DNA from: an uncultured Alphaproteobacteria bacterium | GTDB lineage: Bacteria > Pseudomonadota > Alphaproteobacteria > HIMB59 > GCA-002718135 | Assembly (NCBI GenBank): GCA_902522015.1 | Contig: CABYTX010000003.1 | Coordinates: 1-57,646 of the forward strand | DNA: 57,646 nucleotides | Reading direction: 5' to 3' | Shown here: one piece after another, positions 10,647-18,946 of the stretch | Numbering within the stretch: position 1 is the first letter of the stretch | How the letters are laid out: each line of letters starts with the position of its first letter | Position numbers and translations under genes: made by a program | Notes under the pieces: generated by a model | Told to the model about the DNA's origin: nothing | Databases searched by the model: none | The model's input: the letters and a program-made list of their open reading frames with translations, nothing else

Positions 10647-10680
10647 AATTTCGGCTATTTCTTAATAGCCGAAATTTTTT
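10647..10680 (+). terminator. Stem-loop with T-tail between the SBP gene and the first permease gene
   Basis: AATTTCGGCTATT/AATAGCCGAAATT forms a 13-bp stem with a 4-nt loop and a T-run ending at 10680. The permease ATG is at 10681. Confidence 0.7.
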
Positions 10681-11586
10681 ATGAACAAAAATAATACACA
10701 AATAAATAGTTTTTCTTTGTCAAATGACAAAGTATCAGCCACTATACTTCTTGTACCGGCTTTAATATTTTGTACGATTTTTATCTTTATTCCTGCCATT
10801 GGTACAATTGTAGGATCATTTTATAGCTACAGCCTTACTTCAATGAACAATTGGAAATGGGTTGGCTTTGGGAATTACGTTAAAGCAACGCAAGACGAGT
10901 ATTTTTGGGTAGCGTTGAAAAATAACTTTATAATAGTTTTTGCTTCAATTGTGCTTCAGGTAGGTGTTGGAACAATTTTAGCAGCAATTCTTGATAGAGG
11001 AATAAAATATGGAAGAGTAATTTTTCGAACCATAATATTTACTCCAATGGTCATATCATCAGTTGCAGTGAGTTTAATTTGGTTAATAATCTATGACCCA
11101 AATGTTGGTATATTAAATGCTATCGTTAAATCTATTGGTTTATCAACACCGTCTAAGGGGTGGTTAGGAGATCCTAATATTTCAATTTGGATGATAATGA
11201 TAACAGCTGCATGGCAAAATACAGGGTTTATGATGGTCTTAATTCTTGCTGGTCTGCAAGGAGTTTCTAAAGAGGTGTATGATGCAGCTGAAATAGATGG
11301 TGCAACTGGAGTTAAAGCTTTTTGGTATATTACGCTTCCAATGATTAGAAATGTTTTGATTGTTGCAATTTTAATAACAACCATCGGAGCATTTAAAGTT
11401 TTTGAATTTATTTTTGTATTTACTCAAGGAGGGCCATCCAATGCAACTCAAGTTTTAGGTACTTACATTTATTTACAAGCATTCAATTTGCTTCATATGG
11501 GATACGCCAACGCATTATCTGTAATACTTCTTATCATCGCATTATTTTTAGGGTGGTTACAACTTAAATCCAGTAGGAAAGCTTAA
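10681..11586 (+). CDS. ABC sugar transporter permease (MalF-like)
   Basis: Multi-TM protein with EAA loop DAAEIDGATGVKAFWYITLP. Confidence 0.9.
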   Translation: MNKNNTQINSFSLSNDKVSATILLVPALIFCTIFIFIPAIGTIVGSFYSYSLTSMNNWKWVGFGNYVKATQDEYFWVALKNNFIIVFASIVLQVGVGTILAAILDRGIKYGRVIFRTIIFTPMVISSVAVSLIWLIIYDPNVGILNAIVKSIGLSTPSKGWLGDPNISIWMIMITAAWQNTGFMMVLILAGLQGVSKEVYDAAEIDGATGVKAFWYITLPMIRNVLIVAILITTIGAFKVFEFIFVFTQGGPSNATQVLGTYIYLQAFNLLHMGYANALSVILLIIALFLGWLQLKSSRKA

Positions 11587-12404
11587 TGAGTCGATTTAAA
11601 ATAGCAAATATAATAGCTTATGGTTTTGTAACACTGTTTAGCATCTATGTTTTAATGCCAATTTTAGTAATGGTATTAACAACATTTAAATCTAAAAGAG
11701 AAATTTTTTTAGAACCTTTGGGCATTCCTAGTCAATTTGGAATTTCTTCTTTTGAAAAAGCTCTAACTGTTGGACTGGGAAGTTTTATGTTGAATTCTTT
11801 CATAGTATCTTTTTTTGCCGTCTTTTTAATTGTTACAATTTCAGGAATGGCAGCGTACGTACTATCAAGAATCGATTTTAAAATTAATAAATTTGTTTAT
11901 CTATTGGTAGTAGCAGGTTTTGCAATTCCACCCGCTGCAGTTCTTGTTCCCTTATATACGATGGTTTCAAACTTAAATTTATTAAACAGTTTATTTGGAG
12001 TTATTATGCCTCTTACTGCATTTGGAATTCCTTTTACCGTTATACTTTTTTATGCTTTCTTTCTGGATTTTCCAAAAGAAGTAGAAGAGGCTGCCACTAT
12101 TGATGGTTGTACAAAGCTTCAAATATTTTTCAGAATTATTGTACCCCTGTCTGGACCAGTTATTGCAAGTGCTGCAATTTTTCAAACTGTTTGGATTTGG
12201 AATGAATTTTTATTAGCCCTAATAATGTTAACTTCAGACGACTTTAAAACTTTGCCTATAGGTCTATTAAAACTAAGAGGAGAGTGGACATCTGATTGGG
12301 GGGCAATTATGGCAGGACTTACAATAGCGGTAATTCCTGTGTTAATAGTATTCCTAATATTCCAAAAGTATTTTGTTAGATCATTGGCAGGATTAGGAAA
12401 ATAG
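11586..12404 (+). CDS. ABC sugar transporter permease (MalG-like)
   Basis: TAATG coupling to the upstream gene. EAA loop EEAATIDGCTKLQIFFRIIVP is present. Confidence 0.9.
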   Translation: MSRFKIANIIAYGFVTLFSIYVLMPILVMVLTTFKSKREIFLEPLGIPSQFGISSFEKALTVGLGSFMLNSFIVSFFAVFLIVTISGMAAYVLSRIDFKINKFVYLLVVAGFAIPPAAVLVPLYTMVSNLNLLNSLFGVIMPLTAFGIPFTVILFYAFFLDFPKEVEEAATIDGCTKLQIFFRIIVPLSGPVIASAAIFQTVWIWNEFLLALIMLTSDDFKTLPIGLLKLRGEWTSDWGAIMAGLTIAVIPVLIVFLIFQKYFVRSLAGLGK

Positions 12405-12418
12405 TATAGATTTATTTT

Positions 12419-12697
12419 ATGGCAAAAAGACAAAAGGTTTTAGTTCTCTATTTAAAGTTTCCTAGTTTAGAGGCTGAAGTTATTTCTTGGGCTACTTTTG
12501 ATGGTACCGGAAAAAAACTACATATGACGGGTGATAGTGATGAGCCCCCTTATCCAACAGGTCTTGATGCATTATTAGATGGTTGGAGATTATTTCAATC
12601 GAGTCAAGCTATTCCAGAATATCCAGGTCAAGAATTTAGAACATCATATTTAAAACATGAGTTCTTTTTTGAAAAATTAGAAGAAGGAGATTTTTAG
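12419..12697 (+). CDS. Hypothetical 92-aa soluble protein (family not recognised)
   Basis: The ORF sits 14 nt after the permease stop and ends 1 nt before the dioxygenase ATG. It has no TM segment or recognisable motif. Confidence 0.55.
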   Translation: MAKRQKVLVLYLKFPSLEAEVISWATFDGTGKKLHMTGDSDEPPYPTGLDALLDGWRLFQSSQAIPEYPGQEFRTSYLKHEFFFEKLEEGDF

Positions 12698-12698
12698 T

Positions 12699-13619
12699 AT
12701 GCCAAAATTATTAACTACAGAACAAATGGCAGAATTTGCCAGCAGCGGATGTCTATTTTTTGAGGAACTAATTGATGAACAAACTAATAAAGAATTTTTA
12801 GATGATATTGGTCATACCAGTGTAGAAAATGTTGAGAGTGTTCAAACATACTTTGATAATATTAAATCAACTAGCAGCATTCCAAGAATACCAGCTGGAA
12901 CTCCACTTAAAGACTCTTATCCTAAGAATTCACCTCTTGAAAAAATTTTAAAAAATGAGGTTGTAGATGGAGCAATAAAAAGCTTAGTTGGATCTAATCC
13001 ACTTGTAGATCACCAGGCTCTTCATTTAACTTTTCCAACTAAATATTTCAAAGGAGCCAATCAAAGACAAATGTCTCAACAAAATCATCAGGATAGCACT
13101 ATTGATCCAAGATCTACATTTGACATTCAGGTTTTCTATTTTCCAACCGAGGTAACAAAAGAAATGGGAGGTACAAGATATCATCCTGGAACTCATTTAC
13201 GAGTTGTTAATGAGTTTGGCATTGCAAAATATCAGAATATCAAAGGCCAAAAAAGTATTGTTTGTAAACCAGGCACAGTTGGAATATTTCATAACGGATT
13301 GTGGCATGGCGCAGGTGTTAATTTCTCTGAAGAAATTAGATATATGTTTAAAGTAAGGTTACAACCAACAGAGAAACAAGAATTATTATGGGATCCAGAA
13401 AAAAAATATAAGCCCTTACCAAATAGAGCACTTTATTGGTCTGATGAAGTAAAGGAAGTAACCATCAATGATATTTTAATGAAATCTTATCCTTGGCAAG
13501 AAGCAGATACAAATAGACTTGATAAAATTAATGTTGTTAAGTTTTGGAGATTGCTCACTGGTCACAAGAAAATGGATGTTGACTATTGGCTTACAAGAAT
13601 TGAAAACGAATTATATTAA
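12699..13619 (+). CDS. PhyH (phytanoyl-CoA dioxygenase) family Fe(II)/2-oxoglutarate oxygenase
   Basis: Contains an HxD motif (NHQDSTID), a distal His (GLWHGAGVN), and PhyH-like length and N-terminus. Confidence 0.75.
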   Translation: MPKLLTTEQMAEFASSGCLFFEELIDEQTNKEFLDDIGHTSVENVESVQTYFDNIKSTSSIPRIPAGTPLKDSYPKNSPLEKILKNEVVDGAIKSLVGSNPLVDHQALHLTFPTKYFKGANQRQMSQQNHQDSTIDPRSTFDIQVFYFPTEVTKEMGGTRYHPGTHLRVVNEFGIAKYQNIKGQKSIVCKPGTVGIFHNGLWHGAGVNFSEEIRYMFKVRLQPTEKQELLWDPEKKYKPLPNRALYWSDEVKEVTINDILMKSYPWQEADTNRLDKINVVKFWRLLTGHKKMDVDYWLTRIENELY

Positions 13620-15124
13620 TTAAAATTTCTTTCATCACCTTTAAATGGAACAACATCACAAGTTTCTTGATACCATGAAAGCATTTTTTCTTTTAAGTGT
13701 TTAAGCTCTGATGCATATTGAGGATCGTCAATAACATTATTAATTTCTCCAGGATCTTCAATTAAATTATAAAGTTCATCTTTTTCGTAAGCTCTTTTTA
13801 TATATTTAAATTTTTTATTTCTGCACATTGTTGCTTTGGTGTGCATTAAAATTTCATCCTCTTTACCTTGTAAGTTTACTCTTGGAAAATATAAGCCATG
13901 GGGTAAATTTAAACTTTGACTTTCACTTGCCTGTCTCTCTAATCTAAGTCTGCCACCTTCAGTAAATACTTCTTCTCTATGATTATCAGTTTTCTGTTCA
14001 ATAAAATTTTTTATACTTTTGCCAAAATGCCAATATGAAGGATCGATATTACTGTAATCATATATAGTTCCAGCGATATCAATTAACTCAATCATTGTAT
14101 CACTTACACCATTTAACGTATTTTCACTTTTTGGCGGCTTAATAATAAGAGGAACATTCGTAAGACAATCTTGAAAAGTATTTTGTGTTTTTTCAACTAA
14201 ATTATAGTCACCTGTAAAGTCACCATGATCAGATAAAAAAATTATTAAAGTATCATCATATAAATTATTATCTTTAAGTTGATTGACCAAAAGTCCAAAT
14301 TGATAATCTACCCTTGCACACATACCAAGATATACCGCTCGTAATTCATTCCAGCGTTCATCAGTCCAATCTTGCATTCTTTGTCCATCCATTATTCCTT
14401 TTAAAAGACTTGGTTTATCCTCCCATGTTTTGTATTGATATCTTTTAGGAATTACATTTCGATCAATTGAAGAGAACCATGGATCCTCGACACAGTAAGG
14501 GGGATGTGGATAGCCAAGTGGTAGAAATAAACAGAATGGTTTTTCTTTTTTATAATCTTTTATAAAATCTAATGCTCCATAAACCATGGACCAATCATCA
14601 TCGAAATAAATATCTTTATCTTTTTTATCTAATTTTCCTTTAAAGAAACTATAATAATTATCTCCATCCTCAGGTCCTCGCCATAATAGATCTCCACCAT
14701 GTGTACCTGGTTGTTGAGAGTAACCCCATTTTTGATAATCGCTATCCGTTGGTTCAAAGTAAATATCACAATGATTACGATATCCTTCTTGACCTGCTAT
14801 CAAATCATTTTTTCCACCCCACCAAATAAAGTAATCTTTATCTTTTAGTTCTGATAAAATACTAGAGTCACCTTGATCTGTATGTAACATATAATGCATT
14901 GTTCTATGACCATGAACATGTGGATACCAACCAGTCATAAATGAACACCGACTTGGTGTACAAACTGTTGCTTGGCAAAAAGCATTCTTAAATGCAATTG
15001 CATCTTCTTTAATAATATTATCTAAATTAGGAGTTTGTGCACCAGGATACCCTAGATATCCCAGCATATCTCCTCTCCACTGATCAGGGTTAAAAATAAC
15101 AATATTTGGTTTTTTCTGGTTCAT
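13616..15124 (-). CDS. Sulfatase (Cys-type), no signal peptide
   Basis: N-terminus is MNQKKPNIVIFNPDQW. FGly motif is CTPSRCSFMTG, and LSDHGD is also present. Its stop codon shares the TTAA at 13616-13619 with the convergent dioxygenase gene. Confidence 0.92.
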   Translation of the reverse strand: MNQKKPNIVIFNPDQWRGDMLGYLGYPGAQTPNLDNIIKEDAIAFKNAFCQATVCTPSRCSFMTGWYPHVHGHRTMHYMLHTDQGDSSILSELKDKDYFIWWGGKNDLIAGQEGYRNHCDIYFEPTDSDYQKWGYSQQPGTHGGDLLWRGPEDGDNYYSFFKGKLDKKDKDIYFDDDWSMVYGALDFIKDYKKEKPFCLFLPLGYPHPPYCVEDPWFSSIDRNVIPKRYQYKTWEDKPSLLKGIMDGQRMQDWTDERWNELRAVYLGMCARVDYQFGLLVNQLKDNNLYDDTLIIFLSDHGDFTGDYNLVEKTQNTFQDCLTNVPLIIKPPKSENTLNGVSDTMIELIDIAGTIYDYSNIDPSYWHFGKSIKNFIEQKTDNHREEVFTEGGRLRLERQASESQSLNLPHGLYFPRVNLQGKEDEILMHTKATMCRNKKFKYIKRAYEKDELYNLIEDPGEINNVIDDPQYASELKHLKEKMLSWYQETCDVVPFKGDERNFN

Positions 15125-15141
15125 GTATCCCTAAAATTCAG

Positions 15142-15171
15142 TTGACAATTTACCAGAAAAATTCATGTTAA
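15142..15171 (+). promoter_or_regulatory. Possible sigma70-like promoter for the third ABC operon
   Basis: TTGACA at 15142-15147, an 18-nt spacer, then TGTTAA at 15166-15171, in the 80-bp divergent intergenic region. Chance matches are likely in AT-rich DNA. Confidence 0.3.
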
Positions 15172-15204
15172 AACAATAATATTAACAAATTTCTGGGAGG
15201 AAAA

Positions 15205-16455
15205 ATGAGATTAATAAAATTATTTTTAAGTGTCATTTTTTTGTTAGGAATATCATTTAATGCCAATGCAGTAACAATCAAATGGCTTGGATTGGCACAA
15301 GATGACTCTGCGCATAAAGAAGACATTGATGCAGCAATTGCTGATTGGGAAGCAAAAACTGGCCATGAAGTTAAATGGCAGTATATGGCTGGTCCAGACT
15401 TAAAACTGAAATTACCTACAATGTTACAAAGTGACGATGCTCCTCATTTATTTTATAGTTGGGGTGGAGGAGTTATGTTTGATCAAGCAGATGCTGGATT
15501 TTTACAAGACATTTCTGCTATGGTTCCAGATAGTTATTTAGAAAATTTAAGTCCTGCAGCAGCAGACGCTTTTACATACAAAGGTGAAAGAGTTGGTCTT
15601 CCAAATTTATTTAACCAAGTAGTATTTTGGTACAATAAAGATTTAACTGAAAAAGCAGGAGTAGATCCCTCAAAGGTTGTTATGTGGAACGATCTTTTAG
15701 AAGTAGTAAAAGATATAAAAGATGCTGGCATAACACCAATTTGTGTTGGTGGTAAAAATAAATGGCCTATTCATTTCTATTGGACGCTACTCCATGTAAG
15801 AAACGGAGGCAAAGCAGCTTTCTTTGACGCTTTAGAAAATGGTGGATGGGATAGAGAAGAATACATTAAATCTGGATATGAATTCCAACAGCTTGTTGAC
15901 CTTGAACCTTTTCAAGATGGTTTTATGGCAGTTGAATATGGTGATGCTTCAGCAGCATTTGGTAACGGAGAATGCGCACTTCATCTAATGGGAAGTTGGG
16001 ATTACAATGGTGCTAAAAGAAGAAGTACTTCTGGGGAAGGAATTCCTGATGATAGAATGGGAACATTCCAATTTCCAATGACAGAAAATGGAAAAGGAAA
16101 TCCTTCAGATACACTTGGTGGAATTAATGGATGGTTAGTTTCTAAAAATGCACCAAAAGAAGCGGTTGATTTCTTAATGCATTATATTTCAATGAAATAT
16201 CAATCAATGGGAGCAAAAAGTGGAGCGTATATGCCTATTTACAAAGGAGCTGAAACAGAAATGGGTAACAGATTCTTTAAGCAACAGGCGCTTAACGTTG
16301 CAAACTCAACCTTCCATTCTATTTTCTGGGATCAATATCTCGGAAGAGATATTGGTGAGGTTGTAAATGACGTTTCAGTTGAACTAGCAACTAAAGACAT
16401 CACTCCAGAAGAAGCTTGTCAAAGAGTACAAGAGGCTTGGGAGTTTAATCAATAA
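15205..16455 (+). CDS. ABC transporter solute-binding protein, family 1 (CUT1), with signal peptide
   Basis: SD GGGAGG lies upstream. Leader is MRLIKLFLSVIFLLGISFNANA. SBP-like sequence is followed by two permease genes. Confidence 0.9.
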   Translation: MRLIKLFLSVIFLLGISFNANAVTIKWLGLAQDDSAHKEDIDAAIADWEAKTGHEVKWQYMAGPDLKLKLPTMLQSDDAPHLFYSWGGGVMFDQADAGFLQDISAMVPDSYLENLSPAAADAFTYKGERVGLPNLFNQVVFWYNKDLTEKAGVDPSKVVMWNDLLEVVKDIKDAGITPICVGGKNKWPIHFYWTLLHVRNGGKAAFFDALENGGWDREEYIKSGYEFQQLVDLEPFQDGFMAVEYGDASAAFGNGECALHLMGSWDYNGAKRRSTSGEGIPDDRMGTFQFPMTENGKGNPSDTLGGINGWLVSKNAPKEAVDFLMHYISMKYQSMGAKSGAYMPIYKGAETEMGNRFFKQQALNVANSTFHSIFWDQYLGRDIGEVVNDVSVELATKDITPEEACQRVQEAWEFNQ

Positions 16456-16464
16456 ATATCAAAT

Positions 16465-16490
16465 AGAGGGGCAAATAATTTTGCCCCTCT
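16465..16490 (+). terminator. Stem-loop after the SBP gene (attenuator or mRNA stabiliser)
   Basis: AGAGGGGCAAA/TTTGCCCCTCT forms a perfect 11-bp stem with a 4-nt loop. There is no immediately adjacent T-tail; the nearest T-run is about 12 nt downstream. Confidence 0.55.
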
Positions 16491-16512
16491 GTATAAAAGT
16501 TATTTTTTTTGA

Positions 16513-17409
16513 ATGATAAAGAAAAACATCACATCTGCATTTGTTGAAAAATATTCCACAATAATAATTTTTTTAGTTCCAGCATTAACTTTATTTACTG
16601 TTTTTGTTGTTATGCCAATTTTTGAAGCAGCTTATTTCAGTTTTTATCGATGGAATGGAATGGGAGCACCAGAAAAATATGTTGGATTTAAAAATTACGC
16701 TTTTTTATTTAAGAACGGTATTTTTTTAAATGCTCTTAAAAATAATTTTTGGATTATATTTGTTTCACTTTTTATTCAATTACCTTTTGCATTATTTCTC
16801 GCACTTTTTTTAGCCAATAATTTTAGAGGAGCAGCTGTATTTAGAAGTTTGTTTTTTTTACCATATATTTTAGCAGAAATTGTTGCGAGTTTGATTTGGG
16901 TTTACATTTATAAAGGAGATTATGGATTAGTCGGTGCAATTTGGGGTTTGTTTGGAGCTGACGCACCTTGGATTACTGCAGACAAAGAGTGGGCATTGAC
17001 AGCCATACTAATAGTTGTCGTATGGAAATATTTTGGAATACATATGATGATTATGATTTCAGGTCTTCAAGGAATATCAAAAGAAGTAATAGAGGCTGCA
17101 AAAATTGATGGAGCTGGTCCAATAACCACTGCTTTAAGAATAAAAATACCAATTTTATGGCCAACAATTACTTTATCTATTTTCCTTTCTACACTTGGAA
17201 GTTTACAACTATTTGATTTAATTATGCCTTTAACAATGGGAGGCCCCTCAAATGTTACTCACTCAATGGTTACTTACTTGTATGATTTTGGTGTTGGAAG
17301 AATGAGACTTGGTTTTGGAAGTGCCATTAGTGTGGTAATTTTTATTATTTGTTTTGTTGTTGCTTTAATTTATCAAACAACAATTTTAAAAGATAAAGGA
17401 TATAACTAA
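16513..17409 (+). CDS. ABC sugar transporter permease (MalF-like)
   Basis: Multi-TM protein with EAA loop EAAKIDGAGPITTALRIKIP. Confidence 0.9.
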   Translation: MIKKNITSAFVEKYSTIIIFLVPALTLFTVFVVMPIFEAAYFSFYRWNGMGAPEKYVGFKNYAFLFKNGIFLNALKNNFWIIFVSLFIQLPFALFLALFLANNFRGAAVFRSLFFLPYILAEIVASLIWVYIYKGDYGLVGAIWGLFGADAPWITADKEWALTAILIVVVWKYFGIHMMIMISGLQGISKEVIEAAKIDGAGPITTALRIKIPILWPTITLSIFLSTLGSLQLFDLIMPLTMGGPSNVTHSMVTYLYDFGVGRMRLGFGSAISVVIFIICFVVALIYQTTILKDKGYN

Positions 17410-18233
17410 TGCAATCAAAATTATCAAAATTTTATATGTATCTTTTCTTATCCTTCTTAGCAGGAATAATTTTAGTCCCTTTATACTTAACTTTTATAAG
17501 TAGCTTTAAAACATTAGGTGATTTAAGTTCAAATGTTATTGGATTACCAAGAGAGTGGATTTTTTCAAATTATACAGATGTTTTTGGTATGGAATATTTT
17601 TGGTCATTTGCCTGGAATTCACTTGTATATGGAGTTTTAACGACAGTGTTAACTTTAATTTGTGCATCTATGGCAGCATTTGTATTCGCTCATATTAGAT
17701 TTTTTGGAAATAGATTTTTATTTAATTATTTGTTGATTGGATTAATGTTTCCTTTTGCTTCAGCAATCATTCCTTTATTTCTAAAGGTAAGAGATTTTGG
17801 ATTACTTGGAACTTATTGGGCAGTAGTTTTACCTCAAATTGCTTTTGGTCTTGGATTTGCTATTTTACTTTTTAGAGGTTTTTTCAAACAAATACCGCCG
17901 GAATTATTTGATGCTGCATACGTTGATGGTTGTAATTATTCAAATTTCTTTTTCCGAATAACTATCCCACTATCTGTTCCAATATTTTCTACTGTAGCAG
18001 TTGTAACTTTTGTGACAAGCTGGAATAATTATCTACTTCCATTAATTATGGTTAGCAATGAGGAGTTATACCCCTGGCCTATGGGTATAATGTTTTTTAG
18101 AGGTGAGTATGACACAGATTGGTCAATGGTTCTAACTTACGTTTCTTTAACATTAATACCTGCGATAGTATTTTTTCTCTTAGCTCAAAAATACATCATA
18201 GCTGGACTTACTGGCGGAGCAGTAAAAGAGTAA
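17409..18233 (+). CDS. ABC sugar transporter permease (MalG-like)
   Basis: TAATG coupling to the upstream gene. EAA-like loop DAAYVDGCNYSNFFFRITIP is present. Confidence 0.9.
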   Translation: MQSKLSKFYMYLFLSFLAGIILVPLYLTFISSFKTLGDLSSNVIGLPREWIFSNYTDVFGMEYFWSFAWNSLVYGVLTTVLTLICASMAAFVFAHIRFFGNRFLFNYLLIGLMFPFASAIIPLFLKVRDFGLLGTYWAVVLPQIAFGLGFAILLFRGFFKQIPPELFDAAYVDGCNYSNFFFRITIPLSVPIFSTVAVVTFVTSWNNYLLPLIMVSNEELYPWPMGIMFFRGEYDTDWSMVLTYVSLTLIPAIVFFLLAQKYIIAGLTGGAVKE

Positions 18234-18946
18234 TGCTGAAAGAAAATGAAGTAAAATTCTATAATCAAAATGGTTATTTAATTTTAAAGGATAAATTGGA
18301 CAAGAATACGTTATCAAACTTGAAAAATTCAACGACACAACTGATAGAGGAGTTTAAAAAAAATCAATCGACTTTTATAAGAGATAAAAATAGAAATATA
18401 TCTAAGCATGGTAAAATGTTTTTATCCAATCGTTGTGAAGATTTTCCTTTGATGGAAAAATTCACTAAAGGTAATTTTGTTAAATCTATTTGTAGGTCAA
18501 TTTTAGGTGAAAAAATTTACTTATTTAATGAACAGGTAGTTAATAAGGAGCCACAAACTGAAAGTAAATTTGCTTGGCATCAAGATTCTGGTTATGTAGG
18601 GCATGATCATAAGGCATATCTATCTATTTGGATTGCCTTATGTGACACAAATGAAAATAATGGAGCATTAAGAATATTGCCAATAAATCTAGAAAGAGAA
18701 GCTAAGATTGAAGAACATGTTTGGTCCGAACAATCATCAGATTTAAGTATGAAAGTTCAGGAAGAGAAGTCAATTTCGTGTACAATTGAGGAAGGTGGAT
18801 TAGTCTTATTTTCGAGTAGAACACCTCATGCTTCTTTTCCAAATAAATCAAACAAAAACAGACCTGCATATTTATGTCAGTACTCATCTGAGCCAATTAT
18901 ACCTCCGCCTGGTTCAAATAAAAAATTTAGAGCAGAGTTAATTTAA
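18233..18946 (+). CDS. PhyH-family Fe(II)/2-oxoglutarate dioxygenase
   Basis: Start MLKENEVKFYNQNGYL is at the TAATG overlap with the permease stop. HxD motif is WHQDSGY and the distal His is in RTPHAS. The ORF-track start at 18119 lies inside the permease gene. Confidence 0.75.
   Translation: MLKENEVKFYNQNGYLILKDKLDKNTLSNLKNSTTQLIEEFKKNQSTFIRDKNRNISKHGKMFLSNRCEDFPLMEKFTKGNFVKSICRSILGEKIYLFNEQVVNKEPQTESKFAWHQDSGYVGHDHKAYLSIWIALCDTNENNGALRILPINLEREAKIEEHVWSEQSSDLSMKVQEEKSISCTIEEGGLVLFSSRTPHASFPNKSNKNRPAYLCQYSSEPIIPPPGSNKKFRAELI

Noticed and set aside
12699-13619. Calling the PhyH dioxygenase outright a novel formylglycine-generating enzyme.
   Set aside because: Nothing in the sequence supports this beyond genomic context and the local absence of FGE. 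It is kept only as a low-probability hypothesis in the findings.
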